64,000 nt of DNA from Blastocladiella emersonii ATCC 22665 (lineage: Eukaryota; Fungi; Blastocladiomycota), in the NCBI GenBank assembly GCA_025594325.1, contig JANHCV010000010.1, forward strand, positions 372,001 through 436,000, written 5' to 3'. The notes beneath the pieces were generated by a model. The model ran no database searches and was not told where the DNA came from. It was given only the letters and a program-made list of their open reading frames with translations. Numbering within the stretch: position 1 is the first letter of the stretch; the number at the start of each line of letters is the position of its first letter. Below are positions 47,175-56,839 of the stretch, in pieces. The translations under genes were made by a program, and so were the position numbers.

Positions 47175-49580
47175 ATGGCCTTTGTCTTCGAGTGGCCGCG
47201 GTTCTCGCCCGACTTCTACGCGTCGGCGGCGCGCGAGCTGACGGCGGCGCTGAACACGGGCGAGAAGCCGCCCAACATCGCGAGCGACATTGTGGTGACG
47301 GAGCTGGACCTGGGCACGGTCGCGCCGCTGCTCGACATCCTGGAGCTGGTCGAGCTGACGGCCGACAAGTTCCGCGGCATCTTCCGCCTGACGTACGCGG
47401 GCGACGCCTACATCACGCTGCAGACGAGCGTGCAGGCGAACCCGATCGTCGACGGGCAGAGCCTGAGCGTCGGCGGCGCGCTCGCGGGCACCATGGGCAT
47501 GCCCGCCATGGTCGCCGCCAACGCGCCGCTCATCGTCCCGCTGCAGCTCAAGATCGCCAACCTCAAGCTGCTCGGCATCGCGTCGCTCGTCGTCGACCGC
47601 CACCGCGGCATCACGCTCGCTTTCAAGAACGACCCGCTCGACAGCGTCCAGGTCAACTCGACGTTCGATCACATGGCGACCATCCGCCGGTTCCTGCAGT
47701 CCGAGATCGAGAAGCTGCTCAAGAAGCTGTTCAAGGAGGACCTCCCCGCGCTCGTCCATTCGGCCTCGCTGCGCTTCTTTGACTCGCAGCGCGCATCGGC
47801 AAGGCACCCGCATCCGCCATCCCAACCCACCGACGCCACCGCGTCCCCCGACCACGACCACGTCCGCCGCGCCAGCGCGCCCGCCGGCTGGCTGTCGCGG
47901 TCGGGGCAGGTCATGACCGAGGAGCCGCTCGAGCTCGAGCGCGACGAGCTCGTCCGCCTCGCGCGCGCCATCCACGAACCGCCGTCCCTGCGCGCACCGT
48001 CCGCGGGCACCGGGCTGTCGCGCTTCTTCACGCGCCGCGCCTCGTCCACGTCCGTCACGGCGGCGGGGGCGGCCGCAGCGAAAGCGCCGCGCACGGGACT
48101 CGCCAAGGCCATTGACTCGGACTCCGACTCGGAGCGCTCGGGCACCCCGCGGAAGACCGCCGCGCGGTCACGGCAGGCGAGCACGGATGTCGCGCCGCCG
48201 TCCGACGACGGGTCGAACGCGGGTCCGTTGCCGCCGACCACGCCGCCGCCGCCAGTACCCCCGTCGGTTCCCGCGCCGCAGCCGCCCGTCGACCCGCGGC
48301 TCGACCCGGGCAGTCTGCTCGGCGCGCTCGGTCTGCTGTGGCCAGGCAACCTGCTCGACCCGCCCGCCTCCCCCACCTCCGAATCCCCCACAACGCGGCG
48401 CGGCCCCGCACGTGTGCACCGGTTCAACTCAAAGTACTACGAGCGACACAAACGCCCGGCCTCGTCGCTGTACTCGTCGCCGTCCGTCGTCTCGCTGTCG
48501 TCGACGTACTCGCTGCCGGCCGCGCTCCCGTCGCACTTCCGGTCCGGGTCCGCATCCCACCAAACGCACCTCCCGCCGCCGCCCATGAGCGTCGCCGGCG
48601 GGGGTGCCGGGGGCCACGCCCCGCCGCACGGGCTCATGCGCAGCCACTCGCACTCGTTTGGCAGCGGGAACGCGTTCAGCGATTTTTCGGGCCCGCCGAG
48701 CTATAACGGGACGCCGCTCGTGTCGCCGACGGGTTTGCCGCCCGATTCTTCGAGGAACGGTGGCGGGCTCCCGCGCGCGCGCAGCTCGAGCAGCACGGGC
48801 CTGCGGCGCGCGAACAGTAGCACCACCGCTGGCTCGGGCGGCGCGAGCACCGGCAGCGGGCACAGCTTTGCGGGCCCGCCGACGCCAACACGCAGCAACG
48901 GCGGCGGCATGGCGCGGCGCAACCAGGGAAACACGAGCGGGTCGCTCGACCCGTCCGACAACTACATCGCAGCGCAGCTGGCGAACCTGTACAGCGCCAA
49001 CCAGTCGCTGTCCCCGTTCTCGCGCCCGCACGAGCACTCGACGTTCCGGTCGATCCCGAAGACGCTGCGCAAGAACGGCAGCGGGACGCTGGGTGCCGAG
49101 TCGGCACCGGTCTCGCCGCACCCGTTCGGCGGTGGGGACGCCGGGTTCGCGTCGGCGTCGTCGCACCACGGGCACGGGCACGGCGCGGGCGGGAGCGACT
49201 TCTCGGTCCCGACGCTGTCGCGCGCCAACTCGGCCACGGGCGTCGGTGGCAGCGGTCCCGCATCCACGGTCGACGCGCGGTACCTCGCGTCGCGCGCGGG
49301 CCGTCGCGGCCGCCGCGCCGTCCGCAAGCGCGTGTTCGTCGTCGACCTGCGCCCGCCGCCGCCGCCGCCCCCGCCAGAGGCGGAGCCCGAGACCGAGTCG
49401 GGCGCGAGCTCCGTGTACGACGCGCACTCGGACGATGAGTGGGGCTCGGATGCATATGACGGCGGCGACGAACGAGGGCACGGGATGCTCCTCCCGTCGT
49501 CGTCGGTCAGCCAGGCCGGCGGGAGCCCCCGGACCAGCCCGCTCGTGCGGCCTGCGGCGCCGCCGTCGTTCGCGTTCTGA
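47175..49580 (+). CDS. MDM34: ERMES subunit Mdm34, intronless, 801 aa
   Basis: MAFVFEW..LTAALNTGEKPPNIASDIVVTELDLGTVAP..KFRGIFRLTYAGDAYITLQTSVQANP..GITLAFKNDPL is the Mdm34 SMP N-terminus; low-complexity tail. Confidence 0.93.
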   Translation: MAFVFEWPRFSPDFYASAARELTAALNTGEKPPNIASDIVVTELDLGTVAPLLDILELVELTADKFRGIFRLTYAGDAYITLQTSVQANPIVDGQSLSVGGALAGTMGMPAMVAANAPLIVPLQLKIANLKLLGIASLVVDRHRGITLAFKNDPLDSVQVNSTFDHMATIRRFLQSEIEKLLKKLFKEDLPALVHSASLRFFDSQRASARHPHPPSQPTDATASPDHDHVRRASAPAGWLSRSGQVMTEEPLELERDELVRLARAIHEPPSLRAPSAGTGLSRFFTRRASSTSVTAAGAAAAKAPRTGLAKAIDSDSDSERSGTPRKTAARSRQASTDVAPPSDDGSNAGPLPPTTPPPPVPPSVPAPQPPVDPRLDPGSLLGALGLLWPGNLLDPPASPTSESPTTRRGPARVHRFNSKYYERHKRPASSLYSSPSVVSLSSTYSLPAALPSHFRSGSASHQTHLPPPPMSVAGGGAGGHAPPHGLMRSHSHSFGSGNAFSDFSGPPSYNGTPLVSPTGLPPDSSRNGGGLPRARSSSSTGLRRANSSTTAGSGGASTGSGHSFAGPPTPTRSNGGGMARRNQGNTSGSLDPSDNYIAAQLANLYSANQSLSPFSRPHEHSTFRSIPKTLRKNGSGTLGAESAPVSPHPFGGGDAGFASASSHHGHGHGAGGSDFSVPTLSRANSATGVGGSGPASTVDARYLASRAGRRGRRAVRKRVFVVDLRPPPPPPPPEAEPETESGASSVYDAHSDDEWGSDAYDGGDERGHGMLLPSSSVSQAGGSPRTSPLVRPAAPPSFAF

Positions 49581-50192
49581 GACGGACGTGAGAGGGAGAG
49601 AATATATAGATGGTAGAGGAAGCACCCGTGTTCTCGTGAGCGACGGCCGCTGCGTCGGCCGCTGCGGAGGTCGATGGTCGGCGCGGCGCGGTGCACGCGC
49701 CGGGTGATGTGATTTCGCGCGCGGTCGGGTGGCGGCGGCGTTCCGCCCCCCACACATCGCTCGCCGCCGTCCGCACTCCCTCCTCCCTCCCCTTCCCCCG
49801 CACACACGCACGCACTCGTCGATCCTGCTGCAACGCGCGAGCAGTGCATCGGCGACCACGTAACTCTTGTCTCGCGGCAACCCGGACCGCCACCGTCGAC
49901 GTCGACGTGTCTCGCGCCTTCCCAGCACGCGTGCCGACGACGACTGTTCTTCGGGCACCTGCGGGTTCATTTGCGACGACGACGCGTCTCGTCTCGAAGG
50001 TGCGGCTCACGCGCGCGGTCGCGCCGGCTCGAGTGCCGAGTCGGGGCTCTGTGGCGTTGTTGCGGACGCTGACGACGTCGGCGACGCGCGACGTGTTGGT
50101 TGTATAATAGTCTGCCCTCCCTCTCCTTCATCAACAACGACCTGAGCAGCAGCAGCAACGCCATCGACTAGATCCGACCGACTACCTCCACC

Positions 50193-53100
50193 ATGGTACG
50201 CCCGCCCCCGCCCCATCCGTCGCACCAGCAACCCGCTCACCCACCGCCACCACCAGGACCCGTCCAACGCGGCCCGCATCGCCGAGATCCACCGCAAGCT
50301 GGCCGTCGAGGAGGCCATGCGGTCGGGCGCCGAGGCCATGCGCGCCAAGCTGACGGACCGCAACGCGCTCGCCCAGTGCGAGGCCACGCTCGACGAGTCG
50401 GCCAAGCGCATCGCCTTCCTGCAGGCCCAGCTCGACCGCCTGCACCTCTCGGGGTCCGCGTCCTCGAGCACCCAGTCGCTCGGCGCCCTCGGCGCGCTCC
50501 CCGGCGGCGCTATGCCGTCCGACCAGCAGCATCAACATCTCGACGCGCCGCCCGGAGCGCACGCGGCGAGTAACCTCTCGACCTCGTCGTCGATGCGCGA
50601 CTTCCCCGCCACCATGTCCGCCCCGACGCTCGTGTGCGGGCCCGACGACCACCCGCACCTTTCGTCGCAGGCCTCGGGCACCGCGACCCCGCCCCATTCG
50701 CCTTCCGCGATCCCCGTCGCCGTCGCGGTCCCCGTGCACGGCTCGTCCGAGTCGCTCAACGCGGCCGGCTCCGGGTCGGGCGGCGGCGGGAGCAGCCACC
50801 ACGCGGGCCCGCTCGCCGGCAGTGGCGCGCGGAGCATCCACCCGACCACCTTCGCCGCGGCGTCGGCGGCCGCGGCCGCGGGGGGCTCTTCCGCGTCGAC
50901 CACGTCGACCTCGGGCAGCAGCGGCGGTCTCTTCTCGTACTTCAAGAAATCGATGCGGTCGAAATCCGCGTCGTCGATCCACGGGCTCGCCGACCCGCGC
51001 GGCCCGCTCGCGCAGCAGCTGCCGGGCACTTTGGGGGAGTTGCTCCTGTCGGGCCCGCCGCCCGTCAGCTCGCTCCCGCCCAACGACGACCCCGCGGCAT
51101 CGAACCTCGACCTGTCGCGCGCCGGCGTCGCGCTGTCGACGGCCCAGATCTCCAACAAGATGCGCGACCTGACGTACAAGCTCGAGGTCGCTGCCAAGGG
51201 CGGGCACACGGGCAGTATGCCGGCCGCGGGCAACTCGGCGTCGGCGTCGTCGGTCCGCTCGTGGGCTGCCGCGTTCGGCGGTGGTGGTGGGACGCAGACG
51301 GCGGGTGCGGCCGCGGCGGCGGCTGACGGGCACGCTGCGGCGGCGACGGCGGCGGCAAGTGCGGCGCCCACAGACCCCGCCAGCATCGACCCGGCCGTCC
51401 ACATCGACGCGCTCAAGCGCGCGCTCAACAAGTACTCGGGCCTGTACGTGCCCGACCCGTCGGCCACGCTGTCGGCGGTTGCGGGCGGCACCGGCACCGA
51501 GCCCACGTCCCCCACCGGCGATCTCCCGCCGCCGCCGCCGGGCCTCCCCGGTTTCGCCCCCGCGACGCCGCTCGGCACGCTGACGGGCCCGCCGCCCATG
51601 GTGTCGACGATCCCGCGGCGCGCGCAGCCGAAGCACGCGGGCGAGCTGGCGATCCACCTGGTCGCGGCGCGGGTCCCGCCGTCCGTCAAGAACGCGCTGT
51701 CGCGGTCGCGCGCCGACCACTACATGGCGGTGGTCCAGGTCGACGGCGTCGTTAAGGGCCGGTCGCGCGCGTTCAAGGCGCCCAAGGACAAGTCCGGCAG
51801 CGCCACCGAGATCCCGTTCAACGAGGTGTTCACGGTCGCGCTCGCCGATAAGGCGGCCGAGGTCGAGGTCGTCCTCGTCGAGGCCGATAAACACGGCGTT
51901 GCCAAGATGGTCGATGGGATGCTCTGGTTCCGTCTCGCGGATGTCGTCGCGGCCATCGAGGCCAATGGCGGGACGGGGGCCACCGAGTCGGGCGAGGTGT
52001 CGGGCTGGTTTGACCTCGACCCCGTCGGCGCGGTCCTCGTGCGCGCGCAGTTCACGACGGCGGCGCGGCCGCGCAAACCCTCGCGGCTCGGGCGGCAGGG
52101 CGCGGTGCGCAAGAAGAAGGTCGAGGCGACGCGCAACGGGCACCGGTTCGTGCTCGCGCAGTACGCCAACATCGTCAAGTGCGCGCTGTGCTCCGAGTTC
52201 ATCGGGGTCTCGTCGTGCTATGCGTGCGAGGCGTGCGCCTTCTCGTGCCACAAGAAGTGTGCGCCGCGCGTCCTCACGCGGTGTTTCGCGGCCAACCCCG
52301 CCGGCGCCACGCCGGGCGAGGAGGACGAGGACGAGGAACCCCTGCCCCACAACATCCCGCACCGGTTCACGGCCCACACTAACCTCAAGGCCAACTGGTG
52401 CTGCCACTGCGGGCACCTCGTCCCGCTCGGCCGCGGCAACGTCAAGTGCGGCGAGTGCGACCTCGTCGCCCACAAGGGCTGCTCCATGCTCGTCCCCAAC
52501 TTCTGCGGCCTGTCCATGAAGCGCGCCAACAAGATGATCCACGAAATCAAGCTCGCCAAGGACATGCGCGCCGCCAACGCCATCCGCATCGCCCAGCGCG
52601 CCCAGCAGATGCAGGAGCACCAGGCCGCCGTCGTCTCGGCCGCGGGCGCTGCCGGCGTGGGTGTCCCCGAGCACGTCGCCGCCGCCGCTACCGCGGATAC
52701 GGCCGCCGGTGACGAGCCGCCCGCGGCGCCCGACGGTCTCCTCCCGCCGCCGCCCACCATGATCCCCGTCGCCGTGCCGTCGGTCGGCAAGGCGCAGGTC
52801 GACGTCGACGGCGCCGCCGCCATCAAGCCCGCGCCGGTCGGCGTCGTGGTCGACCGCCAGGTGCCCGTGGTCGTGGAGCGGCAGGACCTGGCGCCGCCGC
52901 CGGGGGCCATCGGCAAGGGCGTGTCGCTGGACGATTTCGTGTTCCTGGCGGTGCTCGGCAAGGGCAACTTCGGCAAGGTGATGCTCGCCGAGGAGAAGCA
53001 CAGCCGCAAGCTGTACGCGATCAAGGTGCTGAAAAAGGATTTCGTGATCGAGAACGACGAGGTCGAGTCGACGCGGTCCGAGAAGCGCATCTTCCAGGCG

Positions 53101-53928
53101 GCCAACGCGTCGCGGCACCCGTTCCTCATCAACCTGTACGCGACGCTGCAGACCAAGACGCGGCTGTACTTTGTCATGGAGTACGTGTCGGGCGGCGACC
53201 TGATGCTGCACATCCAGCGCGAGCAGTTTTCGGAGCGGCGCGCCAAGTTCTACGCGTGCGAAGTGCTCCTCGCGCTCGAGTTCTTCCACAAGCACCAGAT
53301 CGTGTACCGCGACCTCAAGCTCGACAACATCATGCTGTCGCTCGACGGGCACATCAAGCTCGCCGACTACGGCCTGTGCAAGGAGAACATGGCGTACGGC
53401 GCCACCACCAACACCTTCTGCGGGACCCCCGAGTTCATGGCCCCCGAGATCCTCTTCGAGCAGAACTACGGCCGCGCCGTCGACTGGTGGGCGTTCGGCG
53501 TCCTCGTCTACGAGATGATCTGCGGCCAGTCGCCCTTCCGCGGCGACGACGAGGAGGAGATCTTCGAGGCCATCCTGCACGACGAGGTCCTCTACCCGAT
53601 CACCATGTCCCGCGACGCCGTCGCCCTGTGCCAGGGGCTGCTCACGAAAGACCCGCGCCGCCGCCTCGGCGCAGGGCCCGCCGACGCCGACGAGATCAAG
53701 CGCCACCCGTTCTTCCGCGGCGTCGACTGGGACGCCCTCCTCGCCAAGCGCATCGCCCCGCCCTTCGTCCCGCGCATCACGGGCGCCAAGGACGTGTCCA
53801 ACTTTGACGAGGAGTTCACCCGCGAGCCGCCGGTGCTGACCCCGATCCACACGGTCCTCGACGACGCCGAGCAGCTCGAGTTTGCGGGCTTCTCGTACGT
53901 CGCCGACTGGGTCAACGAGGTGCGCTGA
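50193..53928 (+). CDS. PKC1: Fungal protein kinase C (HR1-C2-C1-C1-kinase), ~1224 aa; first coding exon is only the ATG
   Basis: Exons 50193-50195 and 50257-53928 (GTACGC..CAG intron). Pseudosubstrate RLGRQGAVRKKK, two C1 zinc fingers, VLGKGNFGKVML, YRDLKLDN, TFCGTPEFMAPE, NFDEEFT, FAGFSY. Confidence 0.96.
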
Positions 53929-54132
53929 GGTGCGCGCGGTGGGGGTATTTTGGTTCACTTAGTCTTCCTTTCTGTTTTGCTACCAACTACGATCGATACA
54001 CACGAATATCTTCTACGCAACGTGGTTTCTCTCGCCACGAGTGAGGATCGGCGCGATGCGAGGAGGTGAGAGGCGGCCGTGACGCGAGCGGGGAGGCAGG
54101 GCGGGAAGTTCGGTGCGGCCGCGCGAACGCAG

Positions 54133-54405
54133 CCGTTCGCGGACATGACGTGCCGCCGCGTGGGCCCCGCACACAGCCGACGGCGCTGATGAAGTCCCTG
54201 AGCGCGTCATGATCTCGCCGCCAGAGAACCGTTGCGAGAGATCCCTTCGCGAGGATCGACGCGAAGTGCGGAGATGCGTCACGGCCGTGATGCGAGCAGT
54301 CCGCGGCGACCGCATACGCTACTGTTCGCGGACACGACTCTCAGCGTGGGCCCCGCTGATGCGAGCAGGCACTCGTCGGCGGTGATGAAGTCCCTGACCG
54401 CGCCG
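54133..54405. repeat. Degenerate tandem duplication (~190-200 bp period)
   Basis: Blocks GTTCGCGGACAYGAC, GCGTGGGCCCCGC and GGCGSTGATGAAGTCCCTGASCGCG each occur twice in the same order. Confidence 0.6.
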
Positions 54406-55003
54406 CGAGGCCAGGGTCGAGTTCGTTGCAAGCACTCCCTGGACGATTCTGGTGCAAGAACCCAGGGAGTAGAACGCCTGCGCGCTGCCCAAGGTGCGCG
54501 CCCACGCTGACACTCCTGATCTCGTTGAGTTCTACAGACGACGACTGCAACAGGGTAGCTGTAGCTCGTCGGCCGCGAGTGCTCGCCTGTGAGGACCAAG
54601 TGCGACAGAACGCGCTCCAAGGTCGACGGCCGTGACCGAGCTCGTTGCACGAACTGGTCAACCGGCTGGGCTGGCGCTCGCCATGCTGCTTTCGACCATG
54701 ATCGGTATCCGATGAGCAGCGCGGCGCGCTCGGATCAGATCCGCGTTGCTCGCGTAAGCGGAGAGAAGCCACGCGTGAGACGGAGCGCGAGACGCGTCGC
54801 GATATCGCGTGGATTGGGGAGCCGCAGACACGTGCGTCACAGGAAGCGGCCGGAACAAAACGGCGCCGATCGATTCGCTCGTTCGCCGCGCGCCGTGTGT
54901 TTCACGCGTCTGCCCGCTGCCCGGCGCGCGTATAAAACCTGCCCGCGCCCCCGACGCCCGGTCCCCGCTCCCGCCGTGAGTCTGTATCTCGTCGATCAAC
55001 ACC

Positions 55004-55864
55004 ATGTGTACGCTCATGTTACCACGCATCAACAACTGCCACGGCCACGGGGCTCACGGACGACGACGACGGCGATCATGTAGCGTCCCTCATCCGCAAG
55101 CCCGCCCCCGCCTTCAAGGCCCCCGCCGTCCTGCCCTCTGGCGAGATCAAGGAGGTTACCCTCGCCGACTACAAGGGTACGCTGCCGCTGCGCGTCACGC
55201 TCGACGCGTTGCAGCACCGCCGCTGGTGAGCGACGCGTCGGGCTGCTCTTCCTCGAGGACCCGGGCTCACGCACATCCCGTACCTCGTACCACTAGGCAA
55301 GTGGGTCGTGCTCCTCTTCTACCCCCTCGACTTCACCTTCGTGGTACGCCTCGCTCGCTCGCTCCGTGCTCGCAACGCGGCGCCTGACCGAGCTCCTCGC
55401 TCGTCGACCCCTAGTGCCCCACCGAGCTGATCGCCTTCAGCGAGGCCGTCGAGCAGTTCAAGGCCATCAACGCCGAGGTCCTCGGCGTGTCGTGCGACTC
55501 CGAGTACTCGCATCTCGCCTGGGCCAACACCCCGCGCAAGCAGGGCGGCCTCGGCCCCAACTTCAAGCTCACGCTCGTCGCCGACCGCTCGCGCGAGATG
55601 GCCCGCGCCTACGGCTGCCTCCTCGAGGCTGACGGCCACCCGCTGCGCGGCACCTACATCATCGGCCCCGACGGCGTCGTCCACTCGATCACGGTCAACG
55701 ACACGCCTGTCGGCCGTTCGGTGACCGAAACGAAGCGCATCATCGAGGCTTTCCAGTACGTGGAGAAGTTTGGGGAGGCGTGCCCTGTCAATTTCGTTCC
55801 TGGGGCAGCTACCATCAAGGCCGATCCCAAGGGCGCCAAGGAGTACTTTGAGAAGAACAACTAA
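55004..55864 (+). CDS. TSA1: Typical 2-Cys peroxiredoxin, 4 exons, ~197 aa
   Basis: Exons 55004-55007, 55084-55176, 55297-55343, 55415-55864 give [44 protein letters not shown]. Confidence 0.93.
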
Positions 55865-55996
55865 GTTCGCGGTTTGTCGTCCCTTCCCCATGTTTGGAGC
55901 GCTGATTCGAGCAGAGTAAGAGATCCTCATTTTTCTTGACTGTCTTCTATCTGTGATGATGCCGGAAGAGAGAATTTGCCGTGCCGGGTCAAGGTG

Positions 55997-56177
55997 GCCA
56001 TGGGCATGGCCATGGCCACGCTTAGTTCACCGCGGTCATGCTTTGTTCAGGTCAGTGAAGCTATTAATTAGGACAAATCGACATTTAACTAGGAGCTATA
56101 GTTGTTTAAACTCAAGTATTTGAAGAGCTAAGAACTTGACCGTGGCGGGTGATCGTGGTCACGGCCATGGCCACGGC
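55997..56177. mobile_element. Possible MITE-like element: imperfect ~45-bp inverted ends around an AT-rich core
   Basis: Left GCCATGGGCATGGCCATGGCCACG..CCGCGGTCATG versus reverse-complemented right GCCGTGGCCATGGCCGTGACCACG..CCACGGTCAAG. No target-site duplication found, and the (ATGGCC)n repeat is self-complementary. Confidence 0.35.
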
Positions 56178-56193
56178 ACCCTCGCGACTCCCC

Positions 56194-56254
56194 AGTTGTT
56201 CTTCTCGAAGTACTCCTTCGACTTCTCGGGATCGGGGATGATGGTAGCGTTCCC
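56194..56254 (-). pseudogene. Inverted fragment of a peroxiredoxin C-terminus
   Basis: Minus strand GNATIIPDPEKSKEYFEKNN versus the adjacent gene's GAATIKADPKGAKEYFEKNN (55802-55862); 48/61 nt identical by hand alignment. Confidence 0.85.
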
Positions 56255-56678
56255 ATGACCGGGCGATAAGCAAAATCAGTACCAAAACGCCGAGATGGCG
56301 TCAATACTGATCAATGATGGCCGCGTCGCCTGGCAAATAGAACATGGCAAGATCCGCGCCGTCCGCCACCCCTCGATCGCGTCCTGACAACGAGCCACGC
56401 ATTCTACGTGCAAGGTCTCCTAATTAAATAGAAAGATTGTCACAGGCAGTAATGAAGCCGAACATTTCCGACCCTAACAGGACCCGCGGCGAGGGAGGGA
56501 CGCTACCGATCTGCACACGTAACACGCTCATCCCAATTGTCAAGCTGGCGACGGTGCGAGTGTTTGCCGTCGCGGCAAGCGTCACTCAACTCGAAGCGCA
56601 CTTCGCACCTTCGCACGCCATGTCATTCTTTTTCTCGCTAATGTTGCGTCCTGCGTGTAATCGCGCACACAGGGACGC

Positions 56679-56720
56679 CCGTGGCCATGGCCGCCTGATG
56701 GACCACGGCCATGGCCACGG
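56679..56720. repeat. Perfect 15-bp inverted repeat with 12-nt spacer
   Basis: CCGTGGCCATGGCCG-N12-CGGCCATGGCCACGG; the right arm is identical to 56162-56176. Confidence 0.8.
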
Positions 56721-56839
56721 TGAAGCTTGAGTCACACGGCCGCGCCACTGTGTTCACACCCACTGGCTACGAAAAGTTCAAGGTAATCGTGTATTTCACT
56801 CGCTTCACCTTCGCCGTGACACTGCCTTGTCGATCCTGG

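Noticed and set aside
50182-53958. Long antisense and alternative-frame ORFs (1258 aa here; also 3707-5170, 7595-9724, 17318-18985 and others)
   Set aside because: They are shadows of genuine genes with strongly GC-biased third positions and have no recognisable motifs.
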